NCBI GenBank assembly: GCA_963716725.1
Contig: CAVQUB010000018.1
Span: 92,686-156,685, forward strand
Direction: 5' to 3'
Length of the DNA: 64,000 nt
Origin: an uncultured delta proteobacterium
GTDB taxonomy: Bacteria > Myxococcota_A > Polyangia > Polyangiales > Polyangiaceae
Under the pieces are notes generated by a model. That model was not told the DNA's origin. It searched no databases and saw nothing but the letters and a program-made list of their open reading frames with translations. The translations under genes and the position numbers were made by a program. Positions 50,163 to 64,000 of this stretch are shown here, one piece after another (within the stretch, counting starts at the first letter, position 1; each line of letters begins with the position of its first letter).

Positions 50163-51663
50163 GGGGTCTCCTGAAGCCGAGAATACCTCGGACGGCTTTG
50201 CTTTTCCACGTGCCGTCGCCCTGGAGCAGGCAGCAAAGTTCGCGCGGGGGATCGTGTTCATCGTCGACCACTCGACCGATCGAGTCCAATTCCTGAACCG
50301 GAGGGCCGAAACGATCCTGGGCTTGACGACCGATGAGATCGAGCCCTTGGCACTCGTTCGCTCGTGGGTCCTGGCCGAGGACCTGCCCAGCCTCGATGCC
50401 TTGCCGGACCTGTTCGAAATCGTCGGCGTCGGCGAGACCATCGAGACGCAGCTCCGACTACGCCACCGGGGCGGGGGGATCGCGCGGGTTCGAGGCATTC
50501 ACGTGCTCCTGTCGAAGTCCAGTGCGGGGACCGCGGCCCAATCGCTGGTCACGCTCGAGGACGTGAGCGAGGCCCACCTCGTGTTCGAGGCCCTCGAGCG
50601 CAGAACCCACGAGCTCGAGACCACGCTGGCAGCGCTCCCGGATGCGTTCTTTCGGATCGATCGCGATCGGATCGTGACGCGCTGCTCGGCGGGGCGATGG
50701 AGACCGGGGCAATGGGACGCCACGCGAGCCGTCGGGCGTGCCATCGACGACGTCCTTCCGCCCGAGAGTCTGGCGAAGGTCCGAGAGACGATCGAGCAGG
50801 TGCAGAGCACCCGACGCGAGGCCTCGGTGGAGTGCGTCCATCCGGAGCGACCAGATTCCAGTCTCGAGGCCCACGTCCTCACGTTCTTCAACGACGAGTT
50901 GATCGTGCTCGTGCGGGATCTGAGTGACCGGGCGCGGGGCGAGCGAGAGCTGACCGAGCAGCGGGCGCGAAGTGTGCAATCGGCCAAGCTGGCGGCGCTC
51001 GGCGAGATGGCGGCCGGCGTCGCGCACGAGATCAACACGCCGCTCGCCGTAATCTGCGCCGGGATGGAGTTCCTGAAGGAGGAGCTGGACCAAGCGACAC
51101 TCGACCGGACCGCGCTTGCCGAAGAGATCGACATCGTCCACGCGACCAGCCTGAGGATCGCCGAAACCGTGCGGAGCCTCCGGGCCTTCACCACCGACGA
51201 ACAACGGCTGCCCGCGGCGGCGACGCCCGTGAACGCCTTCTTGAGCGACGCGCTTTCGCTGTGCAGGCAGCGGGTCGAGAGCCGAGGGGTGCCGGTCGAA
51301 GCTCCCGACGTCCCCCCAGACTTGCGTGTCCTCACCCGGCGCAGTGAAGCCGCGCAGATCATGCTAAACCTCGTGGGAAACGCCTTCGATGCCGTCGCTG
51401 CTCTGGCGGAGCGTTGGATCAAGATCGAGGTCGCGAGCGGGGCCGATCGGGTGACGATTTCAGTCACCGACAGCGGGATGGGCGTCCCGGAGGAGCACCG
51501 AGGTGGGCTGTTCAGACTGTTCTTCACCACCAAGCCCGTGGGAAAGGGCACCGGCCTCGGGCTGGCGGTGTCCCGCCAGCTCGCCGAGAGCCACGGCGGG
51601 GCCCTGGAGCTCGACCCGACCTCGGAGCACACGCGCTTCGTTCTGACCCTGACCAAGGCCTGA
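50161..51663 (+). CDS. Cytoplasmic PAS-PAS histidine kinase
   Basis: Two PAS-like segments; GEMAAGVAHEINTPL, NLVGNAFDA, DSGMG and FFTTKPVGKGTGLGL motifs; start uncertain. Confidence 0.9.
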   Translation: MGSPEAENTSDGFAFPRAVALEQAAKFARGIVFIVDHSTDRVQFLNRRAETILGLTTDEIEPLALVRSWVLAEDLPSLDALPDLFEIVGVGETIETQLRLRHRGGGIARVRGIHVLLSKSSAGTAAQSLVTLEDVSEAHLVFEALERRTHELETTLAALPDAFFRIDRDRIVTRCSAGRWRPGQWDATRAVGRAIDDVLPPESLAKVRETIEQVQSTRREASVECVHPERPDSSLEAHVLTFFNDELIVLVRDLSDRARGERELTEQRARSVQSAKLAALGEMAAGVAHEINTPLAVICAGMEFLKEELDQATLDRTALAEEIDIVHATSLRIAETVRSLRAFTTDEQRLPAAATPVNAFLSDALSLCRQRVESRGVPVEAPDVPPDLRVLTRRSEAAQIMLNLVGNAFDAVAALAERWIKIEVASGADRVTISVTDSGMGVPEEHRGGLFRLFFTTKPVGKGTGLGLAVSRQLAESHGGALELDPTSEHTRFVLTLTKA

Positions 51664-51667
51664 CCTC

Positions 51668-52723
51668 GTGCAACCCACCACGGAATCGCCCGCACCCGCC
51701 CGCTCCGAGACTCGCCTGGTCGCGCGCTGGGATCTCGACAAGACCTATTTGCGCACCGAGTTCGACACCGTGCGGGACTTGATCCGGACCGCCGTTGAGC
51801 GGCCCGACCTCAAGCGCTCGGTTCCCGGGGCCGCCGCGCTGCTCCGAGAACTCAAGCGTTCCGGTGCGCGGGTGCACATCCTGAGCGGCAGTCCCCGTCA
51901 GATGCGCGGACGCCTCGAGGAGAAGCTCGCCATCGACCGGGTGCGCTACGACGAGCTGACGCTCAAGCCGAACCTGAGTAATGCGCTGCGACTGCGCTTT
52001 CGTGCCATGCGCGACCAGCTCGGCTACAAGCTGCCCCACCTGCTCGCCGCCCGCGCCCGCGATCAGTACGTGGCCCCGAGCCCGTCAGCCCTGGCGGAGG
52101 TGCTGGTGGGGGACGACGCGGAGGCCGATGCATTCGTCTACTCGCTATACGCCGACGTGTGCGCCGGCAGCGTGGACGCGGCGCTGCTGGCGCGGGTCCT
52201 CGACAAGGGCCGCGTCTACTCCGATCAGGCAGAGCTGGCGCTGTCCTCTCAGCGGCTCATCGAACCGGCGACGGTCGTGCGCCACATCCTCATCCACCTC
52301 GATCGGCAGACGCCGCCGAGCCGGTTTCGCGAGTACGGGCCGCGCGTCGTCCCCTTCTACAACTACCTGCAAGCCGCGATTGTGCTCTGCGCCGACGGGC
52401 ACGTCTCCGCCGAGGGGGTGCTCCGGGTAGCGTCGGAGCTGGTCCAGCACCACCGCTTCGACGCCGACGCCCTGGCACGCAGCTACTTCGAGCTGGTCCG
52501 CCGGGGCCACCTCATGGAGAGCCCGGTGGAGGCGCTGAGCCGTGCGCTGGCCAGCCTCGAAGGGCGCCTTCCGACCCTGAATGAGCTCGGAGCGATGGTG
52601 GACCTGCTGGGGCGAAGCCCGGCCGTGCCGGGCGTCCCCCCCGAGGAGCGCGCCATCGACTACCTGGCGCTTTCCGAGACCCACCGAGCCGGCAAGAACC
52701 GCCGGCGCCCCGGCGGCCACTGA
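51668..52723 (+). CDS. HAD-like phosphatase (App1/DUF2183-like)
   Basis: WDLDKT (DxDxT), LSGSP and VGDDAEAD motifs. Confidence 0.75.
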   Translation: MQPTTESPAPARSETRLVARWDLDKTYLRTEFDTVRDLIRTAVERPDLKRSVPGAAALLRELKRSGARVHILSGSPRQMRGRLEEKLAIDRVRYDELTLKPNLSNALRLRFRAMRDQLGYKLPHLLAARARDQYVAPSPSALAEVLVGDDAEADAFVYSLYADVCAGSVDAALLARVLDKGRVYSDQAELALSSQRLIEPATVVRHILIHLDRQTPPSRFREYGPRVVPFYNYLQAAIVLCADGHVSAEGVLRVASELVQHHRFDADALARSYFELVRRGHLMESPVEALSRALASLEGRLPTLNELGAMVDLLGRSPAVPGVPPEERAIDYLALSETHRAGKNRRRPGGH

Positions 52724-52808
52724 CCCCGCGCCGGATTTCCGGTGTGCGGGCTGGACTTCCTGGGCGATTCGAGGCACGCAATCGCTCCGCGGGAGAGGAC
52801 GGAGCTTC

Positions 52809-53416
52809 GTGGACAGCGATTTGGCGGAGGCCATCTCGGCCTTCAAAGAGGTGTTCGAGCGGCGAGGGTTGGAGGCGCGCTTCGGCACGGCGCCGGCCGA
52901 GCTGATCACGAGCCTTCGAAACAAGCTGCGGGTGCCCCGCCGCTACCGTGATTTCTTGGCCGAGGCCGACCCGCTGGATGTCGAGACCCGCACCCCGACC
53001 GAGCGCGTGCGGCTGATTCCGTCTGCCGACCTCGAGAAGGAACAGGTCGGGTCCGCCCTCGACGAGCAGGGCGCGGCGATCACCGGTCCAACCCCGCGCG
53101 GTTGGAGGCCGAGCTGGGTCATCGTCGGTCACAGCACTCTCCTGGGCGACCCCTACTTTCTGGACACGTCCAGCCCGGATCGGAAGGCGACTGTCCGGTC
53201 TACACCGCGATGAGCGGCACCGACACCTGGAAGCCGCGGCTCTGCGCCACGAGTTTTGCGCTCTTCGTGCGCATCTTGGCGGTGAGTATGGAAGTGGCCC
53301 AGGGGTTCGCGGAAGAAGACTTGGATCACGAGGATGAGCTCACCTTCCGCGATGCCCTCGGTCCGCGCCTGCGCGGGTATGACCCGGCCGCGCTGAAGGC
53401 CGGACACTGGACGTGA
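52809..53416 (+). CDS. SMI1/KNR4-like protein (frameshift near 53,185)
   Basis: VPRRYRDFL, WVIVG...GDPYFLD, then GDCPVY...ATSFALFV in the next frame. Confidence 0.65.
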
Positions 53417-54705
53417 GCGCGGGGCTGCGCCGCGCCGTCGGCGCCGAGCTCGAAGCCGTCGTCGGGCAGCTCGAGCGACGAGGGGCGTCCGATCTCGAAC
53501 GGGTCGAACCCGCGGTCCGCGAGGTTCTCGCCGCGGTGCGCGACGAGGGCGACGCGGCCGTGATGCGCTACGTGAAAAAGTTCGAGAACCGTGCCCCGGC
53601 CGGCCTTTTGCTGCGGGACTACGGCGGGGCCGCTGCCCTCGCGGCGCTGCCGCCAGCGCTGGCAAATGCCTTGGCCGGAGCCGCCGAACGGATCCGGCGC
53701 TTCCACCAGCATCAACTCGCGCAGGCCGCGAGCTTCGAGTACGAAGAGCGCGGCGTTCGCCTCGGCACCCGCGTTCGTCCCCTGGAACGCGTGGGCGTGT
53801 ACGCGCCGGGCGGCAAGGCGCGCTACCCGTCCAGTGTGCTCATGTGTGCGGTGATCGCGCAGGTCGCCGGCGTGAAAGAGATCGTGGTCGCCACGCCCGA
53901 CGCATGCCCCGAGGTGCGCGCGGCCTGCCACCTGGCAGGCGTCGATGCCATCCTCGACGCCGGCGGCGCGCAGGCTGTGGCCGCCCTCGCCTACGGGACG
54001 GAGTCGGTGCCGCGGGTGGACAAAATCGTCGGCCCTGGCAACATCTACGTCGCCGCGGCCAAGCGCTTGGTGTTCGGCGAGGTCGACATCGACAGCATCG
54101 CCGGCCCCAGCGAGATATTGGTGATCGCCGACGACAGCGCGGATCCCGAGGTGGTCGCGGCGGATCTTCTCTCTCAGGCGGAGCACGACGAAGCCGCGTA
54201 CCCGCTGCTGCTCACCACCAACGCATCGCTGGTGGACCGAGTCCAGAGCGCGCTGACCCGGCAGCTCGCTGCCTTGCCGCGGCGAGACATCGCCCGAGCC
54301 TCCATCCGCGACAACGGCTGGGCGCTCTTGGCGCCAGACCTCGACGCCGTCGTCCACATCGCAAACCGGCTCGCCGCCGAGCACGTCGCGCTACACCTGC
54401 AGGCGGCCCGCGCCGTCGCCGACCGGATCACGCATGCGGGTGCCCTCTTCGTGGGCGGCATGACCCCCGAAGCCGCCGGGGACTACCTCGCGGGGCCGTC
54501 CCACGTGCTGCCCACCGGCGGGGCCGCCCGCTACGGTTCGCCCCTCGGGGTCTACGATTTCGTCGCCCGCACCTCGATCATCGAGTACTCGGCCACCGCC
54601 CTTTCCCAAGCGGCGCCGGAGATCGAGGCTCTGGCCAGGGCCGAGGGCCTCGAGGCCCACGCGAGGGCGGTCTCGCTGCGCATCGACCGCGGCCCCGGCC
54701 GGTAG
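53413..54705 (+). CDS. hisD: Histidinol dehydrogenase
   Basis: GVYAPGG, GGAQA, IVGPGN, AGPSE, QAEHD, AAEH, GDY.AGPSHVLPT and EGLEAH motifs. Confidence 0.97.
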   Translation: MSAGLRRAVGAELEAVVGQLERRGASDLERVEPAVREVLAAVRDEGDAAVMRYVKKFENRAPAGLLLRDYGGAAALAALPPALANALAGAAERIRRFHQHQLAQAASFEYEERGVRLGTRVRPLERVGVYAPGGKARYPSSVLMCAVIAQVAGVKEIVVATPDACPEVRAACHLAGVDAILDAGGAQAVAALAYGTESVPRVDKIVGPGNIYVAAAKRLVFGEVDIDSIAGPSEILVIADDSADPEVVAADLLSQAEHDEAAYPLLLTTNASLVDRVQSALTRQLAALPRRDIARASIRDNGWALLAPDLDAVVHIANRLAAEHVALHLQAARAVADRITHAGALFVGGMTPEAAGDYLAGPSHVLPTGGAARYGSPLGVYDFVARTSIIEYSATALSQAAPEIEALARAEGLEAHARAVSLRIDRGPGR

Positions 54706-54760
54706 CTCGAGGGCACCCAAGGGCCCCACGGTCCCCTTGCGAGCCTCCACGTAGCCCTCA

Positions 54761-54860
54761 CGCTTCGCCTTCCCGACCTTCCCCCCTTCCCGTTCCTCTC
54801 CCCCGGCGCCCCGCTTCGCCTTCCCGACCTTCCCCCCTTCCTGTTCCTCTCCCCCGGCGC
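54761..54860 (+). repeat. Two-copy pyrimidine-rich direct repeat (49-bp unit, 51-bp period) between convergent genes
   Basis: CGCTTCGCCTTCCCGACCTTCCCCCCTTCC(C/T)GTTCCTCTCCCCCGGCGC at 54761 and 54812, one mismatch. Confidence 0.9.
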
Positions 54861-54883
54861 GCCATTCGCACGCTGCCAGCCGC

Positions 54884-55850
54884 TCAGGGAATATCCGAGA
54901 GGTAGCCCCGGGCCATCAGCGACTTCAATATCTCTGCCGTCTGGAGATCGGTGACGGCGGTGCGATCGAAGAGCGCGGCGATCGACGAAGAGTTCAGCGC
55001 GAGCTGGAGCACGTCCAGATGGGAGGGCTCGAGCTCATGCAGCGGAGCTTCGAGCGGAGTCCTGAGCTGGAGCCGGTGTTCGAGCGGCGGAAGACTGTCG
55101 AGCAGCCGGTTTAGCTCGTCCTGCTGCCGGAAGCCTTCCATCAGCAAGCTCTGCACGCTCGTGTTCCAGGGGTTCTCGGGTTCTTCCGCGGCCGGGGGCT
55201 CGAGCTCGAAGACACCGCTCTGCCAGGCCAGCATCCGGTACGCCGCTTTGGCGGGGGACAGCTGCGGCATGCCCTCGATGGCCGCAAGCGAAACCAATCC
55301 CTGGCTCAGATAGATGCGGCCGGTCAGGGTCTCGGTGCGGATCACCAGCACGCCGTTCTTCTTCGAAGTGCCAAAGAGCTGCAGCAAGTCGGGCAGCGGG
55401 ATCTCTTCGATGTTGCCGGTCATCCGCGGCGCTTCGCCCACGATCGTCCGGTTTTGCAGCGTCGGCGCCGGGCGACGAGCAGCGCCTGATCCCTCGGTCC
55501 GGGTAGCGTCCAACGGAACCGAAACCACCTTCAAGATGCTGGTGCCCACCAACACGCGATCACCCTCACGCAGGCTCGCGTGCTGGATCTTCTCACCGTT
55601 GACGAAGGTACCGTTGGTCGAGCCCAGGTCCTCGATGGTGATGGCGCCCCCGCTCATGCTGATTTCGGGCATGGCGCCTCGAAACCATCTCCTCGACCAA
55701 CACCATGTCGAGATCGCTCGAGCGACCGATCACGATCTGGCGCCCGTCCTCGAGCGGGTACTCGCCCCCTTGGTATTTGCCGGAGATGAACCGGAGCGCG
55801 AGGCGGGTGGCGCCGCCGGCGGGAGAATTCGCGAGTCTGTCGGGCATCAC
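54884..55850 (-). CDS. FHA + DUF4388 domain protein (frameshift near 55,672)
   Basis: IVIGRSSD...VSRRHA, then DLGSTNGTFVNG; MTGNIEEIPLPDLLQL. Confidence 0.88.
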
Positions 55851-56012
55851 GGTTGGCAGCCCTCGGACGCACCACCCGAGTGGGGGATGGGCCCGCGATG
55901 AGCGTATGGTCCGTAAAAAGATAGAGCGTGCGGGAAGATAGGGTCAAGCAAGGCGCGAAGACTCCCGCGCTTTGCCCGATTCGGGGCACCCCGCGGACGG
56001 GGCCCCGCCAGC

Positions 56013-58143
56013 TCAGGCCGGTTCTGCCTCGGCGGGCCCCGGCGAGCCCGGTTCCGCCCCGCCAGCCGGAAGCGACGCCGCAAGGTCGATCCCGGCCGGC
56101 AGCACCACCGAGAACGTGGATCCAGACCCCGGCTGCGAGACGACCTCGATGCGGCCTCCCCACTCCTCCACCAGCCGCTGGCTGATCGCGAGTCCGAGGC
56201 CGGTGCCCTTGGCTTTCGTAGTGAAGAACGGAACGAACAAACTCTTCAGCACCTGCGGCGTGATTCCGGTGCCGTGGTCGCGCACGGCGATCTCCACGCT
56301 CTCGCCCCTTCCGCGCCCGCCCTGCCTCGCCCGCGTGGAGACGCTCACGCCGCCACCCATGCTGGCGGTCGCCTGGAGCGCGTTCTGCACCAGGTTCATC
56401 AGCACCTGTCGCAGTTGCTCGGCGTCCGCCCGAACCAACGGCAGCTCATCGCCAAACTCGGTCGACACACTCTGCTCGGTCGGTTGGGCCGACGCGAGAA
56501 CCTGGAGCGTACGACGAACAACCGCGTTCACGTCGACCGCGCCGGGGTTGCCCTTCGACGGGCGCGCGTAGTCGAGCACCGAGCCGACCACCCGGTCGAG
56601 ACGGTCTACCTCTTCGAGGATGATGCCCAGGAACTCTCGCGACTGAGGATCGGTGACGGTGCCTTCCTCGGGCTCGCTCAGGAGCTGCGCCGCGCCCTTT
56701 GATGGCGCCGAGCGGGTTCTTCACCTCGTGGGCCAGGCCTGCAGCCATCTGCCCGAGGGCCGCGAGCCGGTCACGCTCCTGCATGCGTCGGTACTGCTGC
56801 GAGTTCTCGATCACGACCGACATCTGCACGCACAGCGCTCTCGAGCAGCGTCACGTCCTCGCTGCTGAAGGCATCGGAGACTCGATCGTCGACCACCAAC
56901 AGGACACCGACCACGGCCTGGCCTTCGCCGCGAACAGCCAGGCAGACGCCGTGCTTGTAGGGGCCCAAGCACCTCCGCTGCGGCCAGCACGCGCTCGTCC
57001 GCTTCGAGCGACACGCTCGACCCCGCCGCGCCGTCGCTCCGCTGCGTCGTGCCGAATCATCTCGAGGACCACCGAGGGCGAGGCGGCGAGGCGGTCGAGC
57101 AGCGGCCGGGCCGTCGCCGAGTCGATGCGAGGGGGAGGTTCCGGTCCGAAGGAGTGCCCGAGCTCGAAGTCGGGCCCCGTCGGATCACGCAGGTAGAGCG
57201 CCGACGCGGTCGCTCTTCGAGAGGCTTCGAGGGCCGATAGCGCCACCTGCATCATCTCTCGCGTCTCGAGCACGTGCGCGAGCTGCTTGGCGCGCCTTGG
57301 CAACGGCCCGGTCCAGATCGACGCGTTCGCGAAAGAACGCGAAGTGGATGTACTGCTCGACCTTGTCCCTGAGCGGGTCGAAGAGCACGAGGATGACGAT
57401 CGCGGCGAGGATCGCGTTCAGGTACATGGTCGAGAAGCCGCCGACCAGCACCACGAAGACGTAGAAGATGCCGGCGAGGGTGAACGCCAGCGCGGTCGAC
57501 ACCATGAGGCGACCGAGGATGTCGTAGAGGTCGACGAGTCGCTCACGGATCATCGACTCGGAGAGGATGAACAAGAAGACGATGCTCAGCACCGCACCCG
57601 ACCGGCGGCAGCGGCGCGCCGACGAACCAGAGGAAGTCCGCCAGGGTGAACGCAGCCGCGAGCGCGCCGACCACGACCAGAAACGCACCCGCCGCTGGGT
57701 CGCGCGCGATCGGCTGCGTTCGCCGCGAAGCGCCAGCGACCAGAGGCCGGCCGCGATCAGCCCGAACACGTAGAGCATGACCGCTCCGCGCACCAGGCCG
57801 TGCTTGTGCTCGGCGAGAGCACGAGCGACCATCATCGGCATCATCAGCACGCCCGAGACGCGCACCAGCGTCGAGCGCTTCTCTCGCTGGGGCACCAACA
57901 CCTCGAACAGGTGCACCGCGAACTGGGGCAGCAGCACCGCCAGCACGGCCGTGAAGCGCACCGCACACCTCGGAGCGCACGAAGTGGTACAGCCCACTGA
58001 GTCAGGTACCAAAGGCCGATGTCCGCCGCGAACGCGGCAAAGAATAGGTGGGCGCGCCGCCTGGCGGCCGCGAAGCAGAATCGAAACCGCGATCGCCAGA
58101 GCGAGTGCGCCGCAGAACAGCGAGGTGCGCGACGTAGATCCAC
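56013..58143 (-). CDS. Membrane-bound histidine kinase (multi-TM + GAF-like + HisKA/HATPase), heavily frameshifted
   Basis: TM-rich N-terminal fragments; GQMAAGLAHEVKNPL, NLVQNA, DHGTG and FFTTKAKGTGLGL spread over many frames. Confidence 0.82.
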
Positions 58144-58499
58144 GCGCTGGCAGCCTACACCGGAGGCGGAGAGCGGGGGCGCTGATCCCACCGAAGCTGC
58201 GCGCGAGACCCGACGAATCCAGGCCACTCTCGTGCCCAGGCGTGCGCGGTGCTGCCCGAGTTGGGTCGCTGGGCTGGGTGTGGCCATCTTCGGTGGGATC
58301 GTCGCCCTCGTCATCCCAGGGATAGGGCGTGGGGCCGCTCGGGTCGTCGGAACTTCGCCAGGGGTAGGCGTGGGACCGCTGGGCCATCCGGGCTCACGAT
58401 CGACGGTGGCCGTCCCGCCGCATACACGGCAGGTGTGGCGGACCCCGCCCGTAGGTTCCGCGCCCAGCGCAGCGCCGGCCTCGCCGAGCTCCTCGCCGG

Positions 58500-58560
58500 T
58501 GGGCTCGCCGCTGTCGACCATGCAGCCGAAAGGCCATGGATCTGGCAGGAAGAGAGCCAA
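58500..58560. other. Bacterial-to-eukaryotic sequence junction (probable assembly chimera)
   Basis: Abrupt loss of CpG-rich bacterial coding style and onset of CA/CAG-rich DNA with spliceosomal introns. Confidence 0.85.
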
Positions 58561-59381
58561 GCATAAGCAGATGCGCTCACAGCAACAGCAGAGAGCCACA
58601 TTGAGTGCGCTGCGTTCTGCTGGTCTGCCGCCGCTGTCCTGCGATCTGAGCCTCTGCCACAAGTTGTAAAGATATACGCTTCTTGGCCTGATATCATCCC
58701 TGCCAAAAGGAACTGACAGGATTGTGCGCAAGGCCCCATTACAACTCTGTCCTTTCGGCCCTCTCACGTCTTCGCGACAAGAACTGGTCACTCCAAACAG
58801 TCCAGAACGGCACACTCTCAACGACCCAGGCCTGCGCATGCCATCCCCTAGCGGAGAACAGCGGGAAAAAGGACCTGCCATCCCCTGGTGGCACACTCTC
58901 CCCAACACTGGACACCCAAAACCCGTCCCTTGCACACTTGCAACCCCTCCTCCCAGCCCATCTGTGTTGGTTCTGTGCTGACACAACGGCGGCACACCTA
59001 ATTCAGGTCTCTGCCCCTCCTCAAAAGAACGCAGCACAAACACGAACATGTTCACTCTCAAAACAACCCTCGCGCCTGTTTAAAAACCCCTGACACTGAG
59101 CTGTGCAGACCTCAGACAACCAGCACAGAGCCTCAACACCCTCCAGCCACCAGAACACACTGCAGCTGCCTCAGCAGCGACTGCTGGTGAAACAAACACA
59201 GGACTGCTCCGAACACCACAACCGATAAACTGACTGCTGCCAATGAACTGACTGCTCCCCACACCACCTAGGCCTGCCTCAGCACCAGTTCTAAATCAGT
59301 CAGCAGGCAGTGAAACAACGCGCGACTGCTCCAGCCACGTCAACCCCTGAACCGATTGCTGCTGACACCACTGCTCTGCCT

Positions 59382-63972
<4,591 letters not shown>

Positions 63973-64000
63973 CTGGTTTTGTTTTCGGGGGGAAGGGGGG

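Noticed and set aside
52809..53416. SMI1/KNR4 gene as part of a polymorphic toxin-immunity locus
   Set aside because: No adjacent toxin or secretion gene; it is coupled to hisD, so it is at most an orphan

Overview
The window has two compositionally different parts. Bases 1 to ~58,520 are high-GC, gene-dense bacterial DNA that looks myxobacterial (Polyangiaceae/Sorangiineae-like; inferred from Hanks kinases, Gly-rich lipoproteins, MshEN/DUF4388 proteins and rplM-rpsI-argC). Housekeeping genes include rplM, rpsI, argC, uvrB, manC, uppP, aroE, xseA, a biotin carboxylase, hisD, ybaK and tRNA-Cys. From ~58,520 to the end the DNA is eukaryotic and green-alga-like (CAG-rich, GT-AG introns) and carries a spliced CCR4/ANGEL-like EEP gene, so the window is most likely an assembly chimera. 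Many bacterial genes have indel frameshifts that look like long-read errors. Best leads: (1) a tightly coupled operon of an Omp85 barrel, a lipoprotein with atypical-kinase motifs and an ATP/ADP translocase (NTT), a candidate extracytoplasmic phosphorylation or nucleotide-scavenging system; (2) a GxxExxY gene with its own inverted repeats, inserted with an 8-bp direct repeat into the 3' end of a deleted IS630 element; (3) an OPA-type MFS transporter with a Cys-rich PDZ-like insert; (4) recurrent leaderless-type promoters. All family assignments come from motif recognition by eye; no searches were run.
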